Position numbers and translations under genes: made by a program. This document shows, piece by piece, positions 26,911-32,000 of a stretch of DNA of 32,000 nucleotides (the stretch's first letter is position 1; each line of letters starts with the position of its first letter). Below the pieces are notes generated by a model. That model was not told where the DNA came from. It made no database searches and was given only the letters and a program-made list of their open reading frames with translations. The DNA is from Thermoproteus tenax Kra 1 (GTDB taxonomy: Archaea; Thermoproteota; Thermoprotei; Thermoproteales; Thermoproteaceae): NCBI RefSeq assembly GCF_000253055.1, contig NC_016070.1:1590001-1622000 (forward strand), written 5' to 3'.

Positions 26911-28251
26911 CCCTCTCCCCGCCCTAAAGGGCGGGGCTTCCCCCGTTCACCCGGCCTTTGCGGCTCGGGCTCATGTGGGGGTTCTGGGCGGGGTCACGGC
27001 GCCCCATCCCCGGCCTCTCGTTAAGGCCAGGGCTATGTTGATCGCCGCGTTTAAGTCTCTGTTGTATCTAAGTCCACATCTTGGGCACCTAAACTCTCTA
27101 CCTTTCACCTCATCAACGGTGAATCCGCACCTATGGCATGTTCTACTGGTGTTCTTCGGCTTTACGTACACAATCGGTATTCCGCTGAGGAGCGCTTTGT
27201 ACTCAATGTACTTCTGGAGCTTCCTAAAGCTCCACGAGTGCAACCTCCTATTCAGTAGTTTGTTGTCTCCACTCATCCTATCTCTAATCCCCTCTAAGTC
27301 CTCCATGACGATGACTGGTTTGGGGAACTGCTTGGCATACTCAACAACCCCCTTAGCTATTTCGTGGAGCATCTGATTGACTGTTCTGCCCTCCTTACTG
27401 CCAATCCTCTTAACCAGGTCAAGTCTCTTCTTTCTCTGCAGGCTACGCCTAATGTGAGCGTATTTGCCGCGCACAAACCTAATCCTCTGCCCACCCCAGA
27501 ACTGCCCCCTCATTGGCCTGCTCGGGCTGTCCCTAGATATGGCCGCGGCCGCAACTGCGTTCCACTCGCCGAGGTCTACGCCTATGAGCGTCTTCGCCTC
27601 CTCAGCACCGTAGGTGACAACGTTCTTCTTAATCTTGAAGTGAGCGAACCAAACGCCGTCTCTCTTAACCAGCTCCACACTGTCGAGCTCCCACAGCCCC
27701 TGCAGGGTCTCCTCAATGAACTGCTTCTGTCTGCTACCGAAAGCTAGTGGTAGCGCTATCCTAACACCTCTTCTCAAGCTAACGACAAGCCAGTAAGGAG
27801 TTAGCTTAGTGCTGGACTTATCGAGCTTGAACGCCCTCCTATCTAGACGAATAGATACCCTCTTAACCGCTGGCCTATCAGCCTTGGCTCTGCCCTCTGC
27901 CTTACGCTCACTAAAGCTCTTGAGAATCTCAACGGCCTTGTCCCTCGCAGTCTGTATCAGCGCAGTGTTTAGGCTAAACCTCTTTTTGGCTTCCTCATAC
28001 GTTAGCTCGTGAAGCTTCGTCTTCGACGTGATGCCGAAGCCCACATACCATCTAACCAACTTGAGGTACTCTTCAAGAGCTCTGTTGAGCTCAAGGGTCT
28101 TGCCCTTGTTAGGCTCAATCACCTTTCCAACAACCGTGAGAACGACCGAGGTCATAGGGGAACATCCCCTCATAGATCGAGTTCAACGGTCAACCTAAAA
28201 GCTTAACGCCGCATAGTGCCATCCCCGCCCTAAAGGGCGAGGTTTTCAGAT
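26907..28251 (-). mobile_element. IS200/IS605-like element carrying only tnpB
   Basis: Minus strand left flank TTAT|ATCTGAAAACCTCGCCCTTTAGGGCGGGGATGG; right end AGCCCCGCCCTTTAGGGCGGGGAGAGGGTCAC; intact tnpB between them; no TnpA seen. Confidence 0.85.
26971..28173 (-). CDS. tnpB: TnpB RNA-guided nuclease-like protein (IS200/IS605 OrfB)
   Basis: RuvC-like IGVDLGEWN, VIVMEDLEGIR, YNRDLNAAINIALAL; zinc finger TCHRCGF...FRCPRCGL; LNRRLHSWSFRKLQKYIEYKA. The start may be ATG 28155. Confidence 0.93.
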   Translation of the reverse strand: MRGCSPMTSVVLTVVGKVIEPNKGKTLELNRALEEYLKLVRWYVGFGITSKTKLHELTYEEAKKRFSLNTALIQTARDKAVEILKSFSERKAEGRAKADRPAVKRVSIRLDRRAFKLDKSSTKLTPYWLVVSLRRGVRIALPLAFGSRQKQFIEETLQGLWELDSVELVKRDGVWFAHFKIKKNVVTYGAEEAKTLIGVDLGEWNAVAAAAISRDSPSRPMRGQFWGGQRIRFVRGKYAHIRRSLQRKKRLDLVKRIGSKEGRTVNQMLHEIAKGVVEYAKQFPKPVIVMEDLEGIRDRMSGDNKLLNRRLHSWSFRKLQKYIEYKALLSGIPIVYVKPKNTSRTCHRCGFTVDEVKGREFRCPRCGLRYNRDLNAAINIALALTRGRGWGAVTPPRTPT

Positions 28252-28570
28252 ATAACGAAGACGGCGCGGGAAAGAGGAACTAACGCCAGAGCCCAAGCAG
28301 TCGTTAAGAGGGGCAGGTCTCGCCCGACTTCCGGCACCGAAACTCTAGTGAGACTAATTCCAGCGAGGTGGCTCACCTTTGGATTTCTATTCTCGCACCA
28401 CATCTGACTTTCAGGGCCGAGATAGGCCGGATGGGGCGCGAAAAAGCGCGGGACAATTGAGAGAGCCGCGGACGGGGGAGGTAATGAAGAGGGAGTATTT
28501 ATCCGTCCGCTCCGGCGCGACCGGTCTCCCTCGCCTCTGCTACGTCCGTTGAGGCGTCCAGCGGGGATAG

Positions 28571-28596
28571 GCTCGGGGCCCTCAGAGGGGCCGAGC
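28571..28596. repeat. Imperfect hairpin GCTCGG-GG-CCCT-CAG-AGGG-G-CCGAGC
   Basis: Read directly in the GC-rich intergenic region. Confidence 0.7.
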
Positions 28597-28652
28597 GCCG
28601 CGAGGGCTCCAGAGGCACGCTGTCTTTTTAAACATCCCCGAGGGCAGTTCCT

Positions 28653-29111
28653 ATGTCTACTCTGCCAATAGAGTATATCCGCATGTCGAGGATGTTTAGG
28701 GAGGTCGTTGAGGGCAAAGAAATAGTATCGTTTGAGGTGCCCACCCATAAGTTCTTCGCCAGGAACGAGATCCCCTACCTCTCCATGGTGTTAGACTACG
28801 ATGTGAGAAAGCTGGAGAACATGATATCTGACATGAAGTATGGAAGAGTCGTCGTCGAGAAAATGTGGGCGATACGCCTCGACTCGGAGCTCTTTAGAGA
28901 GAACAAAAAGGTTTTACTGCCAGACTTAGGCTCGAACCATATAGATGGAAACATAGAGAGCGTCGAAAACGGACATGTGATAAATATAGACGTAAATGGA
29001 ATAAAGAGCTTAGTGAGAGTGGCCGTCTTCGATAGACAGAGCTTCAAGGAGGTGATAATAATAAGAAGGCCTCCTCTGCCGGCTCTCGTAAGGTACGCCG
29101 CGTTTATTTAG
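28653..29111 (+). CDS. Hypothetical protein
   Basis: 152-aa ORF with TATA-like CTTTTTAAAC about 22 nt upstream of the ATG. Confidence 0.6.
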   Translation: MSTLPIEYIRMSRMFREVVEGKEIVSFEVPTHKFFARNEIPYLSMVLDYDVRKLENMISDMKYGRVVVEKMWAIRLDSELFRENKKVLLPDLGSNHIDGNIESVENGHVINIDVNGIKSLVRVAVFDRQSFKEVIIIRRPPLPALVRYAAFI

Positions 29112-29644
29112 ATTATCTCTACCTCTACTATTTGGCCAAGAGAGGCCAACCCGAGCAGGCCTAAGGGCAGTTTTCGCCGTGCCTCGCCCGGTTTGAAGTT
29201 CATTTTGATAGGTATTCCGTCCCCGAGGATCTTCGCCAAGTGCTCTACTGCGCCCTCTCTGGCCGCTACAGCTCTCACCTTCTCCCTAATAGAGCCCACG
29301 AAGCCCTCGTAGAGCCTCGGGTACTCTGCGACGAGCTCCGCATCGTCGAGCAGAATGGCGTCGTGTTCTCTCGGAGCCGGATAGCCCACAAGCTTCAGAT
29401 GGCCGTCCAAATGCCTCGTTATATAATCGTCTAGGCTCCAACCGTATTTAACCCACTCAAGTTTCACATATAACGGGCTCATCCCAGCCTTGTAGAGCAT
29501 GACTGCCAATGCCCTTAAGGCGGCGGTCTTACCGCCGGGTCCCAGGAGGTAGACCAACCGGTTCGACATGATGTTGGATAGAGCCAGGGAGACCTCGGGC
29601 GCGTCATACGGCAGTTTTTCTATTGGAATCTCTTCGCCCAACAT
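29108..29644 (-). CDS. Hypothetical protein with P-loop-like N-terminus
   Basis: SNRLVYLLGPGGKTAALRALAVMLYKAG and DAILLDDAELVAEYPRLYEGF resemble degenerate Walker A/B. Confidence 0.55.
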   Translation of the reverse strand: MLGEEIPIEKLPYDAPEVSLALSNIMSNRLVYLLGPGGKTAALRALAVMLYKAGMSPLYVKLEWVKYGWSLDDYITRHLDGHLKLVGYPAPREHDAILLDDAELVAEYPRLYEGFVGSIREKVRAVAAREGAVEHLAKILGDGIPIKMNFKPGEARRKLPLGLLGLASLGQIVEVEII

Positions 29645-29672
29645 GAAATTCCAATCTCTTTAAATTAAAATC

Positions 29673-30623
29673 TTACTGAATAAAATTATCAAGCTCCTCT
29701 ACGTATACTTCTCTTCTGCTTTTTATAGATATCTCAGCTGCGTCGCAGAACTTGATGGTATATAGTATTTCCTCGGGAGATACCACGTGGCCCGAGCCCT
29801 CTGCGACAGCTTTGAGGAACTCCCTGTCTTGAGCCAAGAGCGGCTCCTCCCCCGCGAGCCTCGGGCTCCACGTCTGCCCCTTCTCGAAGAACGTAATAGT
29901 ATCTGTGGAGAAGTCTATGGCGGCCATGCCTTCTACCCCCATTACTTCGAACCTTCTGAACTTGTATGAGGGAGTCCAACTGGATTCAAAGAAGGACGAA
30001 GTGCCCTCGCCCAAGGCGAAGATCTGGGCATGAATAACGTAGTCTCCCTCCAGGAGCCCGTAGGCTACCACGGCCTCCGGCTTAACGTTGGCCGCAAAAA
30101 TCGCCAGATCGATGTCGTGTATTGTGAGATCCTTTATTACTCCCACGTCGCCCGCCCTCTGAGGCTTCGGCGAAGTTCTGCGGCTGTATATAGAGACCAC
30201 GCCGCCTAGTTTGCCCAAATTATCCCTCATGAACTTGACTGCTGGGTGGTGGCGGAGCACATACCCTGTAGTTACGACCTTGACGCCGCGCCTCAGATCC
30301 ATTAGCTCCAGCGCCTGTCTGTAATTTTCAGTAAACGGCTTCTCGACCAGAAGCGATATGCCCGACTCCATCAAGGCCTTGGCGTGTTGATAGTGGAGCT
30401 TAGTCGGCGTTGCCACCACGGCGGCATCTATATCGGCCTTTATCGCTTCATCTATAGTTCTGAGGGGGCTCGCTCCGTACGCTTTACTGGCCCATTTCAA
30501 TCTGTCCTCATCTATATCTACCACGTAGAGCTCGTCCACCATCCCCTCGGCCGACAACAGCCTCAAGACTCTCACGTGGTTCTTGCCCCAGCCTCCCGCG
30601 CCAACGACCGCGACCCTAAGCAT
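29673..30623 (-). CDS. Gfo/Idh/MocA family oxidoreductase
   Basis: MLRVAVVGAGGWGKNHVRVLRLL, DAAVVATPTKLHYQHAKALMESGISLLVEKPFTENYRQALEL. Confidence 0.92.
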   Translation of the reverse strand: MLRVAVVGAGGWGKNHVRVLRLLSAEGMVDELYVVDIDEDRLKWASKAYGASPLRTIDEAIKADIDAAVVATPTKLHYQHAKALMESGISLLVEKPFTENYRQALELMDLRRGVKVVTTGYVLRHHPAVKFMRDNLGKLGGVVSIYSRRTSPKPQRAGDVGVIKDLTIHDIDLAIFAANVKPEAVVAYGLLEGDYVIHAQIFALGEGTSSFFESSWTPSYKFRRFEVMGVEGMAAIDFSTDTITFFEKGQTWSPRLAGEEPLLAQDREFLKAVAEGSGHVVSPEEILYTIKFCDAAEISIKSRREVYVEELDNFIQ

Positions 30624-30645
30624 CGTCAGCCGGTGGGCCGACCTT

Positions 30646-31431
30646 TTAATCTATTCTGGCTTGGGGGAACCTCGTCGATATCTCCCGAATCAGGGCGCTC
30701 TTGACCAATTCCACCAACCTCCTGGCCTCCTCGCAGTTTTCAGCGCTTCCATATATATGTATCTCCTCCAGAGGGGCCCCCGTCTCGTGCCCCTTGGGAT
30801 GACTTTTTACATATATCCTAGGATCTAGTTTTAGGGCGTCTCTTATGAGCGGGGCCAAGTCGGCCTCAGGCACTCCGGCTAGACGGAAGAGGTCCTCGGC
30901 GAAGCAACGCCCTGGCGCCCTCGCCTTCAGTAACGGCTCCACTTGTTCTTCAAATATGGCCTCCATCTCCCTCGGCACTCCGGGCAAGGCAACTATTATC
31001 CTCCCTGCCACCTCGGCCCAGATGCCCGGAGCTACGCCCGCCGAATTGTACAGAGGCCTTGAGCCGCGCGGTATCTGGGCCATTTTCAGACGCTCTGGAG
31101 TCATGGGGTAGCCCCTCTGTCTATACTTCTCGGAGACCCACCTCTCTGCGTCTGGATCCACAACGAGCTCAGCGCCTATGGCCTTTGCTATGGCCGCGTT
31201 GGTCATGTCGTCGGGCGTCGGGCCCAGCCCTCCCGTGGTAATAATCACATCGGCCTTGTCCAGACCCTCGCGCAACACTGATACTATCTCCTCCTCAACG
31301 TCTGGAACTACCACTATCCTCTTGACGGCTATGCCCAAGTATGTAAGCTTTTTGGCCAGCCAGGCCGCGTTGGTGTTGACGACTCTGCCTATCAACAGCT
31401 CGTTTCCTATCGAGATAATCCAGGCGTCCAC
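30646..31431 (-). CDS. CinA-like molybdopterin-binding (MoaB/MogA fold) protein
   Basis: AWIISIGNELLIGRVVNTNAAWLAKKLTYLGI, VIITTGGLGPTPDDMTNAAIAKA, IIVALPGVPREMEAIFE. Confidence 0.9.
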   Translation of the reverse strand: MDAWIISIGNELLIGRVVNTNAAWLAKKLTYLGIAVKRIVVVPDVEEEIVSVLREGLDKADVIITTGGLGPTPDDMTNAAIAKAIGAELVVDPDAERWVSEKYRQRGYPMTPERLKMAQIPRGSRPLYNSAGVAPGIWAEVAGRIIVALPGVPREMEAIFEEQVEPLLKARAPGRCFAEDLFRLAGVPEADLAPLIRDALKLDPRIYVKSHPKGHETGAPLEEIHIYGSAENCEEARRLVELVKSALIREISTRFPQARID

Positions 31432-31472
31432 TTATATAACGGACTGTTTTATTAAGAAGATTCGGAGGTGTC

Positions 31473-31919
31473 ATGGAGTTCCCCGATATAGAGCTGAGGG
31501 CCCACACAGGTGAGACCGTGAGGCCTAGGTCCTTTGAAAGGGCTGTAGTATATTTTTTCCCAAAGGCGTTCACATCGGGATGCACGCGCGAGGCCATACG
31601 ATTCAACGAGCTCTACGATGAGTTTAAGGCCTTGGGCGTGGAGATCTTCGGGATCTCTACAGATAAAATAGACACTTTAAGAAAGTTCGCCGAAAAGTAC
31701 CAGTTGAAGTTCAGATTGTTGAGCGATGAGGGAGGAAATCTGGCGAGACAGTTAGGCATACAGAGGCCCAGCGGCTCGGCCGAGAGGGTCACTTATATCT
31801 TGGAGAGAGGGCGCGTGGTGGAGGTTCTTCGCAATCTCAGAAGCGCCGATCAACACGCAGATAGAGCACTGGAGGTCGCCAGAAGGGCGTTCAAGGCAGG
31901 CGGACCCGGTGGGATTTGA
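31473..31919 (+). CDS. Bcp/PrxQ-type peroxiredoxin
   Basis: VVYFFPKAFTSGCTREAIRFNELYDEFKALGVEIFGISTD; the 3' end runs 18 nt into the oppositely oriented tRNA. Confidence 0.88.
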   Translation: MEFPDIELRAHTGETVRPRSFERAVVYFFPKAFTSGCTREAIRFNELYDEFKALGVEIFGISTDKIDTLRKFAEKYQLKFRLLSDEGGNLARQLGIQRPSGSAERVTYILERGRVVEVLRNLRSADQHADRALEVARRAFKAGGPGGI

Positions 31920-31993
31920 ACCCACGACCTACGGCTCTCGGCGGCGCCGGCCACCGCAGGCCGCCGCTCTGATCCAGGCTGAGCTACGGGTCC
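31901..31993 (-). tRNA. tRNA-Arg(GCG) with predicted 17-nt intron at 37/38
   Basis: Reverse complement GGACCCG acceptor / CGGGTCC, D-arm GCTC/GAGC, T-arm GTGGG-TTCAAAT-CCCAC. Removing TGGCCGGCGCCGCCGAG gives anticodon arm GCGGC-CTGCGGA-GCCGT. Confidence 0.87.
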
Positions 31994-32000
31994 CGCTAGT

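Noticed and set aside
23290-28251. CRISPR-like repeats, considered because GCCCTTTAGGGCGGGG recurs
   Set aside because: The repeats are palindromic element termini at irregular distances of hundreds of bp and in both orientations; there is no regular repeat-spacer unit and no cas genes.

Overview
This is a chromosomal window from a hyperthermophilic crenarchaeon. It looks Thermoproteus-like (order Thermoproteales), based on a CC1-type chromatin protein, intron-containing tRNAs, leaderless genes with TATA boxes about 25 nt upstream, and many ATA/AGG codons. Most of it is housekeeping: PEP carboxylase, a split cobamide salvage/late-synthesis set (CobY-like, CobA, CobT-like, CobD-like, CobS), trpE-trpG-trpC, Orc1/Cdc6, RFC large and small subunits, S7, L14e, Cbf5, a CinA-like protein, peroxiredoxin, and two sulfide:quinone-oxidoreductase-like flavoproteins. 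The accessory signal is a set of related footprints of a TnpB (IS200/IS605-type) element. There is one apparently intact tnpB element (about 26907-28251), one nested remnant of about 690 bp (24431-25122), and two miniature derivatives of about 250-290 bp (15631-15878 and 23290-23580). They share palindromic ends and a candidate left-flank motif TTAY, and most abut gene starts or stops. The remnant lies between rpl14e and cbf5, and its left end appears to supply the only conventional start codon of Cbf5. Other points of interest are a CobY-like nucleotidyltransferase fused to a SerK/ParB-like kinase domain (candidate L-threonine kinase for cobamide synthesis), a 16-aa Lys/Glu micropeptide ORF with a well-placed promoter, two intron-containing tRNAs (one with two introns), a possible origin next to cdc6, and several unexplained GC-rich intergenic islands. 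No CRISPR array or defence island was seen. All family assignments come from recognising sequence motifs; no database search was run.
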